A stretch of 29,991 bases of DNA from Candidatus Woesearchaeota archaeon (lineage in GTDB: Archaea; Nanobdellota; Nanobdellia; SCGC-AAA011-G17; GW2011-AR18). Each line of letters begins with the position of its first letter. The stretch's first letter is position 1. The DNA lies in assembly GCA_018302765.1 (NCBI GenBank), contig JAGVZG010000027.1, positions 1 through 29,991 of the forward strand, written 5' to 3'. The notes beneath the pieces are model-generated. The model did not search any database, was not told the origin of the DNA, and saw nothing but the letters and a program-made list of their open reading frames with translations. The translations under genes and the position numbers were made by a program. This document shows positions 1 to 7,029 of this stretch, piece by piece.

Positions 1-2
1 AT

Positions 3-101
3 GCTCTAAACTTACCATGCAGAAGCGGATTTAAATTAGAATATATTGCTTCTGCTTCCACAGCAAGCTGTGGGGATAACCCCAGACTCTATTTTAAATA
101 A
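3..101 (+). CDS. Possible 3' end of an upstream gene, or a frameshifted 5' part of the 46..1026 gene (ALNLPCRSGFKLEYIASASTASCGDNPRLYFK*)
   Basis: Frame 3 is stop-free from the window edge to TAA at 99-101 (32 sense codons in very AT-rich DNA). No family recognised. Confidence 0.3.
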   Translation, partial: ALNLPCRSGFKLEYIASASTASCGDNPRLYFK

Positions 102-1026
102 GCAGAGTAAAGAAGGATACTGGCCGGGATTCCCTAAAACATCAAATCTGACAAACTTTATAGTTATTGATTCTATAAAAAAATACGAATGCAAAGAAGC
201 ACTTGAAAAAATAAAAGAATGGACGTTAAACCATAAAGCAAAAGATGGAATAGGTTGGGGTTTAAATGACGATGACAAGGATTCACAAGTAAGTTTTACA
301 GTAAATGCCTTGCTTACATTGTTGCCTTGCAAAGAAAGTGCAAAAAGTAAAGACATAGAAAAAGCAATAGAATTCTTGGAATCAAAACAAATAAAAGACG
401 GTGGCTGGCCTTCATCAAATTTAACATATCCAGCAGAGAGTACAACTTATGCAACTTCCCTAGTATGCTTAATACTACTAAGAACTAAAGACATAAATTC
501 AAAAAACTTGGAGGCAAGTATAAAATTCCTAATAAATTCGCAGCTTCCAGATGGCAGCTGGCCGTTAAAAAAAGGTGAAGAAAAAGGAGTTCATTTTGCA
601 ACTTGCTTTGTTATAAAAACACTTAGATATTATCAGTATTTGAAGGAAAAATTAAAAGAACAAGATGTATATAACTTACTAAAAAATATAGAAAACAAAG
701 AATTAATAATTAATTATTTAATAAATGAATTTGAATCAAGCATAAGAAAAGGATTTTTAATTATTAAGCCAGAAGAAATTTTAGACAAGATTCTTGCAAC
801 AACATCTAGTGCAGTAAAAAGAAGAAAAATAGTGCTTGAAATATTAGAGAATGAAGGTGAAAAAGATACAGCAGATATAATAGATGCTTTAAAAAGATTA
901 GAAGGCTATAAAGGATTGCACAAAAAATCACATTTAGCGCAAATAAAAAATGATATGGATGCTTTACTAAACCTTGGATTTGTAGAAGAACATAACAGAA
1001 AATATTTTTTAGTTAAGAAAATTTGA
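46..1026 (+). CDS. Prenyltransferase/squalene-oxidase-repeat (alpha/alpha toroid) protein with a C-terminal winged-helix-like domain
   Basis: QxxxGxW-type repeats (KQSKEGYWP, KQIKDGGWP, SQLPDGSWP, degenerate KAKDGIGWG), each followed by a TxxxxxxL helix. The C-terminus (LEILENEGEKDTADIIDAL...DALLNLGFVEEHNRKYFL) looks like a wHTH. The start is uncertain (TTG at 46 or GTG at 70; no ATG near the 5' end). Confidence 0.65.
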   Translation: MLLLPQQAVGITPDSILNKQSKEGYWPGFPKTSNLTNFIVIDSIKKYECKEALEKIKEWTLNHKAKDGIGWGLNDDDKDSQVSFTVNALLTLLPCKESAKSKDIEKAIEFLESKQIKDGGWPSSNLTYPAESTTYATSLVCLILLRTKDINSKNLEASIKFLINSQLPDGSWPLKKGEEKGVHFATCFVIKTLRYYQYLKEKLKEQDVYNLLKNIENKELIINYLINEFESSIRKGFLIIKPEEILDKILATTSSAVKRRKIVLEILENEGEKDTADIIDALKRLEGYKGLHKKSHLAQIKNDMDALLNLGFVEEHNRKYFLVKKI

Positions 1027-1191
1027 TAGAAAAAAATTTGAGAGGTATATAGAAAACGTTGAATTAAAAACTGAAATATATGAGTTATATGAAGACAGAC
1101 TAGGTGATTAAAAATTATATTATTTATCTACAACAATTCCAGCTTTGTATTTAGTAAACATTATAAATAAAAGCAGAATAATAACAAAAAT

Positions 1192-1341
1192 TCAATCCAT
1201 AAATCTGCCCCAACCCCATCCTCTAACTTTTTTAAACAAAGCCCTGATTTTATGAGGATCAGCCCCGCAATGAACGCACTTCTTTGGTTCTTTATCAGCT
1301 TCCATTATAAATCTACATACAGTGCATTTCCATTTATCCAT
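1192..1341 (-). CDS. Small rubredoxin-like / zinc-ribbon protein, 49 aa (not in the ORF track)
   Basis: My translation is MDKWKCTVCRFIMEADKEPKKCVHCGADPHKIRALFKKVRGWGWGRFMD*, with WxCxxC...CxxCG. A TATA box (TTATAAAT, 1369-1362) lies ~28 nt upstream of the ATG. Confidence 0.75.
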   Translation of the reverse strand: MDKWKCTVCRFIMEADKEPKKCVHCGADPHKIRALFKKVRGWGWGRFMD

Positions 1342-1361
1342 AGTAAAATAAAGTATTAGTG

Positions 1362-1369
1362 ATTTATAA
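1362..1369 (-). promoter_or_regulatory. Archaeal TATA box for a leaderless transcript of the rubredoxin-like gene
   Basis: TTATAAAT on the minus strand at the expected distance from the ATG at 1341. Confidence 0.5.
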
Positions 1370-1393
1370 CTACTACGTTTTAATAAAAATTTA

Positions 1394-2647
1394 TTATTTT
1401 AATTTTTTTATAAGTTCAGAAACTGAAAGCATTTCCTCTTTTCCAGATTTCATATCTCTTAACTTAAATTTCTTCTTTTTAACCTCATCTTCACCAACAA
1501 AGACCACATAAGGAACACTCAATGTATTTGCATAATCTAGATTTTTAGAAATACTTCTATCCATTAAATCCATATCAGAATTAATATTATTGGATCTTAA
1601 CTCTTCAAGAACTTCTAAAGATTTCTCAACTTGTTTTATAGGTATAACATAAACTTTTGTACTTGTTTTTTCATTTAATTTAACTGCTTTCTCTATTCTA
1701 TCTAAACCAAATGAGATTCCAACAGCAGGATATTTCTGACCATTATTAAGAAAATCTCCAATGATATTATCATATCTTCCGCCACTTACAAGACTTGTTT
1801 TTATCTCAGCATTTTTTAAAAAAGTTTCATAAACAATACCAGTATAATATGCTAAACCTCTAGCTAAAGAAGGATCAAATTCTGCATCAGGAGCATAAGC
1901 TAAAACTTCTTCTATTTCTTTAATCCCTTCACTATTTTTTAAGAATTTCTTTATAAAATCTAATTTTTTCTTATTATTTCCTTCAATACAAATTAATTTA
2001 ATTAATTTATCTATTTGATCACTTGTTAATTTCTTTTCTTTTAATTCTTTTTTTAGACCATCAGAACCTATTTTCTCTAATTTGTCTATTGTTAATGTAG
2101 CACTATTTCTTTTGTCTTTATCTATACTGCAATACTCCATTACTTCATCTAATATTTTCCTATTATTTACTTTAACAACAACAACTAAATTTAATTCTTT
2201 AAAAACATCCAAAATAATATTTATGTATTCAGCATCTGCTAATATAGAAGAAGTCCCAACAACGTCAACATCACATTGCCAAAATTCCCTAAACCTTTCA
2301 GAGGATATAGGCCCATCTCTAAATACCTTACCTACTTCATAACGCTTAAACGGAAGCTTAACTTGAGGATTTAATGATACATACAAACACATAGGAACAG
2401 TTAAATCATATCTTAAAGCTAGATCCCTATTACCTTGATCTTTTAATCTAAAAGTTTCTTTAAGTATTTCTGCACCACCAGCATATTTACTAGCTAAAAC
2501 ATCATACCTTTGTAAGGTTGGAGTTTCTAAAGGTAAATAACCATACAACTCAAAAACTTTTACTAATACATTCATAACTTTATTTCTAACTAACTTCTGT
2601 TCAGAATTTATATTCTTTGTCCCTTTTGCTAATTCTATTTCTGCCAT
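1394..2647 (-). CDS. hisS: Histidine--tRNA ligase
   Basis: Motifs YGYLPLETPT, LALRYDLTVP, KVFRDGPISSERFREFWQCDVD, LARGLAYYTG, GGRYD, AVGISFGLDRI, plus a complete C-terminal anticodon-binding domain. Confidence 0.97.
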   Translation of the reverse strand: MAEIELAKGTKNINSEQKLVRNKVMNVLVKVFELYGYLPLETPTLQRYDVLASKYAGGAEILKETFRLKDQGNRDLALRYDLTVPMCLYVSLNPQVKLPFKRYEVGKVFRDGPISSERFREFWQCDVDVVGTSSILADAEYINIILDVFKELNLVVVVKVNNRKILDEVMEYCSIDKDKRNSATLTIDKLEKIGSDGLKKELKEKKLTSDQIDKLIKLICIEGNNKKKLDFIKKFLKNSEGIKEIEEVLAYAPDAEFDPSLARGLAYYTGIVYETFLKNAEIKTSLVSGGRYDNIIGDFLNNGQKYPAVGISFGLDRIEKAVKLNEKTSTKVYVIPIKQVEKSLEVLEELRSNNINSDMDLMDRSISKNLDYANTLSVPYVVFVGEDEVKKKKFKLRDMKSGKEEMLSVSELIKKLK

Positions 2648-2698
2648 TTTTTTAAAATAATGGAGCGAGTGAGGGGAATCGAACCCCTGTCACAGGAT

Positions 2699-2718
2699 GA
2701 CTGTTTCTACGGTAGAGT
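2699..2718 (-). other. tRNA intron 2, canonical position 37/38, 20 nt
   Basis: Central helix CTGT(32-35)/ACAG, bulges GG|A and TC|A, intron stem TCTA/TAGA. Confidence 0.87.
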
Positions 2719-2723
2719 CCACA

Positions 2724-2745
2724 CTCGAGAAGATCAAAGATCTTT
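2724..2745 (-). other. tRNA intron 1, non-canonical position 32/33, 22 nt
   Basis: Central helix CGGG(27-30)/CTCG, bulges AC|A and AG|T, perfect intron hairpin AAGATC-TTT-GATCTT. The exon-side outer helix is weak, so the BHB is relaxed. Confidence 0.85.
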
Positions 2746-2785
2746 GTCCCGTATTCTACCATTGAACTACACCCGCCATACTCAT

Positions 2786-3385
2786 TTAAACCTCCTTATC
2801 TTGATTTATTAAACTTTCTTTAGTGCCCAGAATCAAAAAGTCACTATACATTATTTTATCATAAACTTGTAAACCATATCTAAATAAAGAATTGCCAGTG
2901 TAAACAATATCAATAATTAAATCTGCAATTCCCTCACTGCAACTCATCTCAACACAACCATTAACATAAATTTTCTTAAAAGTGAAACCTTGATCTTCTA
3001 ATGATTTAAGATATTTGTTTGCGACATTCTTATATTTATATGGCAAACATACTATAAGATTCTTAGGTAAATCTTGTAGAGTATAATTTTTAGAACCAAT
3101 TAGACACAAAGCTGGCTTTCCAAATAAAGCCATTTCATCATCCCATTCAATCCTTTTTAATATTTCTAATTTATAATCTGTTTCTAAATTAAACTCAGTG
3201 TATAAATCCTCTCCTGTGAAACCTATAGCTTTTTTACCCTGATCTTGGAATTGTTGAATCCAAAAAGGAACGTCCTCTCCCCTAACTTCAAATAAGTTTT
3301 TACAATTTATATTAAAAATAGATAATGCCAATTCCCTGTATTTCTTAAGTCCTGAATTCTTAGGAACAACAATGAATACAATCAG
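2786..3385 (-). CDS. hisG: ATP phosphoribosyltransferase, short form without the C-terminal regulatory domain; start codon unresolved
   Basis: HisG motifs EVRGEDVP, IGFTGEDLYTE, FGKPALCL, PYKYKNVA, NGCVE, GIADLIIDIVYTGNSLFRYGL. The frame extends 18 codons upstream of the track's TTG (3331) to CTG at 3385, adding LIVFIVVPKNSGLKKYRE, which resembles the HisG N-terminal strand. An in-frame TAA lies at 3394-3392. Confidence 0.82.
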   Translation of the reverse strand: MIVFIVVPKNSGLKKYRELALSIFNINCKNLFEVRGEDVPFWIQQFQDQGKKAIGFTGEDLYTEFNLETDYKLEILKRIEWDDEMALFGKPALCLIGSKNYTLQDLPKNLIVCLPYKYKNVANKYLKSLEDQGFTFKKIYVNGCVEMSCSEGIADLIIDIVYTGNSLFRYGLQVYDKIMYSDFLILGTKESLINQDKEV

Positions 3386-3472
3386 CGTAATTTACGCTTG
3401 TATCCTCTAAAGGCTGATTTTTAGACTTTAAATTATTAAAAGAAGTTCTTTCAATGTTGATGAATACAATCA
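3372..3472. repeat. 13-bp direct repeat ATGAATACAATCA (3372-3384 and 3460-3472) flanking 75 bp with three inverted repeats
   Basis: Exact 13-mer twice, 88 bp apart. Inverted repeats: AGCGTAA-T-TTACGCT (3384-3398), TCTAAA-N8-TTTAGA (3406-3425) and AAAGAA-G-TTCTTT (3439-3451). Confidence 0.8.
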
Positions 3473-3480
3473 CTTGCCAT
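3451..3480 (-). CDS. Possible leader uORF MASDCIHQH* upstream of hisG
   Basis: First ATG downstream of the TATA box at 3517-3510; two His codons among its last three codons. Function is inferred only. Confidence 0.3.
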   Translation of the reverse strand: MASDCIHQH

Positions 3481-3509
3481 TGTGTGACAATATTGAGAAG
3501 TTCAAGTTA

Positions 3510-3517
3510 TTTATATA
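3510..3517 (-). promoter_or_regulatory. TATA box (TATATAAA) with an A-rich BRE-like sequence; probable promoter of the hisG-tRNA-hisS unit
   Basis: Minus strand reads GAAAAAATATATAAATAAC upstream of the hisG leader. Confidence 0.5.
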
Positions 3518-3591
3518 TTTTTTCATGTACTATTTTTATTGATTCAGTATTATTTATTACCTAAGATTAGATATGTTCACTAAAAACAATT

Positions 3592-4122
3592 TTAATCGCG
3601 TTTAAAAGAACCGCCAACATTGAATAATTTAAAATTTACTTCGACATGAGCTAAATGATCTTCACTGCCATTGTGAGAGTGTCCACAGTCATCAAGATAA
3701 CCAACAACTAAATTTTTTCCTAAACGCTTAGCTAGGGCTGCAGCTTCAACAATATGATGTCCATAGCGATGCCCGCCTGAAGGTAAGTCATGTATGTAAT
3801 GATCACAAAGATGATAAGCCAGATAAACAATCAAATTTGAACTACTAGCTTCTGAACAAAGGTGATCTAAGTCAGATTGCAATGTTTCACTATGAATACG
3901 AGGAGACCTAGAAACCTTCACATTGTCAATATCAAATCTAGATTTTAGCGAGTTGCCTAAGTCAGGTGCAGTTTCCCTCAAATCATAAGAAGGAGAGATT
4001 AGTACATACATTTTGCCATTTATAGGTAAACTATTTGTAACACTATCTAAAAACAAATTTCTATTTTTAATCCTCTCATTATGTGGAAGCTTTCTCGCAT
4101 TTTCTATATAAGTTAAATCCAT
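3592..4122 (-). CDS. Hypothetical protein, His-rich C-terminal half
   Basis: 176-aa ORF with ATG 30 nt downstream of a TATA box; 13 His, 10 of them in the C-terminal half. No family recognised. Confidence 0.7.
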   Translation of the reverse strand: MDLTYIENARKLPHNERIKNRNLFLDSVTNSLPINGKMYVLISPSYDLRETAPDLGNSLKSRFDIDNVKVSRSPRIHSETLQSDLDHLCSEASSSNLIVYLAYHLCDHYIHDLPSGGHRYGHHIVEAAALAKRLGKNLVVGYLDDCGHSHNGSEDHLAHVEVNFKLFNVGGSFKRD

Positions 4123-4144
4123 ACATTACTAATAAGTAGTAAAA

Positions 4145-4152
4145 TATATAAA
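4145..4152. promoter_or_regulatory. Possibly bidirectional TATA element between divergent genes
   Basis: Reads TATATAAA on + and TTTATATA on -; about 30 nt from the ATG at 4122 (-) and 37 nt from the ATG at 4182 (+). Confidence 0.4.
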
Positions 4153-4181
4153 GCTTATGATTAATTTCAAAATAAACAACA

Positions 4182-5054
4182 ATGGACTACAGCATAGATC
4201 TATATTTAGAATTTGAAGAGCATTTTTTTCATACAAGAAAAACAGACACAAAAAGCCCAGATAAAGAAACAGAGATAAGAGAAACTGCATCTAAGTATAG
4301 AAGATTACTTGAACAAAATAGAAGAACTGTAGATGCAATTTTAGTAAACAATTCTGAACCAGAAGGAATTAACAGAGAATTTTATCAAGAGCTTAATGAA
4401 TTAACAAAGTCAGAGAAAAAACCTGCAAATATATTAATAAAAAAATTTAATGCTGAACAATTATTAGAACCATATGGTTTTAATTCATTGAATGAAAATC
4501 AAAAGAGATACATAAATGGAAGACCGTTAAGTCATTTAGTTAGGCTTATACTGCCAAAAGTATACTCAAATGAAACTATAGCAATGGACGAAAATATCAA
4601 GGATAAAGTATTCAAAAATGATTTCCTTTCAGAATTTGGACAGGAATTTATAAAATATATGGCAAGTATAGAAACACCAATATCAGAAGTAAAAGATATC
4701 CATAATTTGATAATAGGTTCAGAAGGAACAAATGCGCAAATATTCTGGACATTAACCCCATATATTTATCACGATTTAAAAGAGAGAAAAAATACTCCAG
4801 AGAAATGTATGAAAAAGATTTTCAACTGGATAAAAAACGATTTAGAAAGAGCAAGAGGAATTGAAGATATTGATGTTAGTTATATAACTTCACTTTCATA
4901 TACTGATTTTTATTATTTCAGTACTGGAACATCAAGAACTTTAAATACCGAGAAATTTGGTATTGACGAATTGGAAGTACTAGGCTATGATGAAAGAATG
5001 CCTACTCACTTAAGAGCAAGATTAATCTCAAAAGTTATATCTAGAGAATTATAA
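4182..5054 (+). CDS. Hypothetical protein (290 aa)
   Basis: Long ORF with ATG start and genome-typical composition; no motif recognised. Confidence 0.75.
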   Translation: MDYSIDLYLEFEEHFFHTRKTDTKSPDKETEIRETASKYRRLLEQNRRTVDAILVNNSEPEGINREFYQELNELTKSEKKPANILIKKFNAEQLLEPYGFNSLNENQKRYINGRPLSHLVRLILPKVYSNETIAMDENIKDKVFKNDFLSEFGQEFIKYMASIETPISEVKDIHNLIIGSEGTNAQIFWTLTPYIYHDLKERKNTPEKCMKKIFNWIKNDLERARGIEDIDVSYITSLSYTDFYYFSTGTSRTLNTEKFGIDELEVLGYDERMPTHLRARLISKVISREL

Positions 5055-5063
5055 TATTAAACA

Positions 5064-6350
5064 TTAATTATTAATAAAAACCGCAACATTGCTGTACCTC
5101 ATATTCACAACAGCAAAATCATCATCTCCATCGTTATTAAAGTCTCCAACTGCAACGTCATAAGAATCAACAAAATTACCTGCTATATAATTTATAGCTG
5201 GATTAAATATACCGTTTCCTCTATTGATTAACACACTTGCAGTTCCGCCAGTTATATTCGCAGTTACTAAATCTAAATATCCATCGTTATTAAAATCACC
5301 TTTTCTTACATTTCTTGTCTGCCAGTCTGTTGAATAATTCCCATCATGCTGAAATACTCCGTTTCCTATATTTTTGAAAATACTTACACTGTTTCCATTA
5401 TAATTCGCTGTTGCAATATCTTCTAAACTATCATTATTAATATCTACATTCAAAGCTGAAGCAACGCCATGACCAGCATGATATTTTACTAAATTGTTAA
5501 AACTGCCATTCCCATCACCAAATGCCACTATTAAATCATCCAAACCACCACTTGTTAATGCAATATCTAAATTACCATCATCATTCCAGTCACATGAAAC
5601 TATAGCTCTCTCATCAATTCCTATTGGCATAAATCTATAATTAGAATAATTTAAACCATTGTGAAAGGCAATTCCATTGTCAAAACTAGCAACCGCTACA
5701 ATATCCAATAAACCATCATTGTTAAAATCTCCTACTGTAACATCAAATGGGCTTCTTTGTGTTGGATAAATATTTATTGTACCAAATATTCCATTCTGGT
5801 TTCCTAAATGTGTCAGATTATTGTAATTTGCATTTGCAGTCAGAATATCATTGCCTAATAAAACAATCTTCCATGGCTGGTATCTTAAGTTATATTTTAC
5901 CTGTGGCTTAAAAGTCCCATTTCCATTTCCCACTAATACGCTAACTGTTCTTTCTCCATTATTTGCAACAGCTAAATCTATATTACCATCATAGTCAAAA
6001 TCACTTGCAACAATGCTTATTGGCAAATATCCTGTAGGATAGTTACCTAATAATTGAAATGTTGGATTTTTTGGAATTTTTGAAGGAATATATAATTCTG
6101 GGGGGATAGTTAAATCCAAAGGCAAGGATAAGTCTTCTACTGTTAAATCAGGAAAAAATAAATCTGTTGTTTTCAAATCATAAGTTATTAAATCAGGCAA
6201 TTCTGTTAAATCTTCAATCTTTAAATCTGGTCTTTGTAAATCTCTTCTAACTGCTAAATCCTGCTTTTTAGATAAGTCTTCATTATAAAAAGTTCCTTCT
6301 CCTGCACTGGCACAACCAAGCAATAATGAAGTTAATAATATTTTATTCAT
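5064..6350 (-). CDS. FG-GAP/VCBS-repeat (integrin-alpha-like beta-propeller) secreted protein, probable lipoprotein
   Basis: Signal peptide with a lipobox-like LLGC (Cys13); six clear D-[FWI]-x-x-D-[GS]-x-x-D Ca-binding repeats plus one degenerate blade. Confidence 0.88.
   Translation of the reverse strand: MNKILLTSLLLGCASAGEGTFYNEDLSKKQDLAVRRDLQRPDLKIEDLTELPDLITYDLKTTDLFFPDLTVEDLSLPLDLTIPPELYIPSKIPKNPTFQLLGNYPTGYLPISIVASDFDYDGNIDLAVANNGERTVSVLVGNGNGTFKPQVKYNLRYQPWKIVLLGNDILTANANYNNLTHLGNQNGIFGTINIYPTQRSPFDVTVGDFNNDGLLDIVAVASFDNGIAFHNGLNYSNYRFMPIGIDERAIVSCDWNDDGNLDIALTSGGLDDLIVAFGDGNGSFNNLVKYHAGHGVASALNVDINNDSLEDIATANYNGNSVSIFKNIGNGVFQHDGNYSTDWQTRNVRKGDFNNDGYLDLVTANITGGTASVLINRGNGIFNPAINYIAGNFVDSYDVAVGDFNNDGDDDFAVVNMRYSNVAVFINN
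6111..6278 (-). repeat. Eleven Asp-Leu units at 5-6 aa spacing forming a linker after the lipobox
   Basis: DLSKKQ-DLAVRR-DLQRP-DLKIE-DLTELP-DLITY-DLKTT-DLFFP-DLTVE-DLSLPL-DL (residues 25-80). Confidence 0.85.
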
Positions 6351-6449
6351 TTATATCTCTACATAGTAATAATTAGTTATAACTATATAAAAGTAATAAA
6401 AATATAAATATTTCTGTTTTAAAATTTGTAATTTACAAGTTACAAAATG

Positions 6450-6731
6450 TTACAATTTATTAAAAAATCCTTCAAGTAAACTATGAAACCTTATCCCAAA
6501 TTTCTGATAATTCCTAACTAAACTCAAATACTGTTTATAATTACCATAGGGTAGAACTTCCCACTCAAAAGACCTCATCTTGTTGTGTTTAATTAACTTA
6601 AATATTAGATAGTCTCTCTTAGTTTTGCCGAATTTATCAGCTTCCTTTAAATCCTCAAACATCATAGAACGTATTCTTTTTGAATTTTTAGCTAACCAAA
6701 CTACTTTTATCGTCCCTCTTTCTATAATCAT
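6450..6731 (-). CDS. Hypothetical basic protein (93 aa)
   Basis: ATG-started ORF filling an otherwise empty interval; TTTATAAA upstream. Confidence 0.65.
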   Translation of the reverse strand: MIIERGTIKVVWLAKNSKRIRSMMFEDLKEADKFGKTKRDYLIFKLIKHNKMRSFEWEVLPYGNYKQYLSLVRNYQKFGIRFHSLLEGFFNKL

Positions 6732-6782
6732 AATTATACAGTATTAACAAAGTTTATAAAAATTTCTCATTGCTTTTACAAT

Positions 6783-7028
6783 GTGGATTTAGAAAATTTG
6801 CCAGATTTGAAAGGAAACTTTGGTCCATTTAGAGTAATAGAAATAGCCGAAGTTACATGGGCAGACGCAAATAGAATAGGTATTTATTATATATTTGGAA
6901 AATTAGATAATAATATTTTAGTTGCTGCAACAGAAGTTAAATTAAATGGGGGAAAAAGAACTGTTAATCAAAATCAACAATTTTATCTAGAAAAAGTAAC
7001 AAACTACAGAATTATAGAAAGATTTTAG
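6783..7028 (+). CDS. Hypothetical small beta-rich protein (81 aa, GTG start)
   Basis: ORF fits exactly between its neighbours; TTTATAAA ~30 nt upstream. Confidence 0.55.
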   Translation: MDLENLPDLKGNFGPFRVIEIAEVTWADANRIGIYYIFGKLDNNILVAATEVKLNGGKRTVNQNQQFYLEKVTNYRIIERF

Positions 7029-7029
7029 T

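Larger units (their letters stand above)
2661..2777 (-). tRNA. trnH-GUG: tRNA-His(GUG) with two introns (32/33 and 37/38), encoded CCA, probable encoded G-1, discriminator U73
   Basis: Acceptor stem GCGGGTG/CACTCGC, D arm GTTC-AATGGTA-GAAT, anticodon stem CGGGA/TCCTG, T arm AGGGG-TTCGATT-CCCCT, then T-CCA. Removing 22 nt and 20 nt gives the loop CT-GTG-GA; both cuts fit BHB geometry. Confidence 0.92.

Noticed and set aside
1192-1194. Genome-wide TGA recoding (genetic code 4 or 25)
   Set aside because: Several intact genes end in TGA at the expected position (for example RNase J at 16035, the TadB-like gene at 19263-19265 region neighbours, and the KaiC-like gene at 27701), and long ORFs have no internal TGA.
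1394-2647. Calling this gene hisZ because it sits by short-form hisG
   Set aside because: It retains class II catalytic motifs and the full anticodon-binding domain, which HisZ normally lacks.
2661-2777. Calling the tRNA tRNA-Gly because of GCGGGTGTAGTTCAATGG, the 4-nt variable loop and U73
   Set aside because: No Gly anticodon can be placed in a valid loop, while two BHB-consistent cuts give CT-GTG-GA (His).
3372-3472. CRISPR mini-array or MITE
   Set aside because: Only two 13-bp copies, no terminal inverted repeats on the 75-bp spacer and no cas or transposase genes; kept only as a direct-repeat observation.
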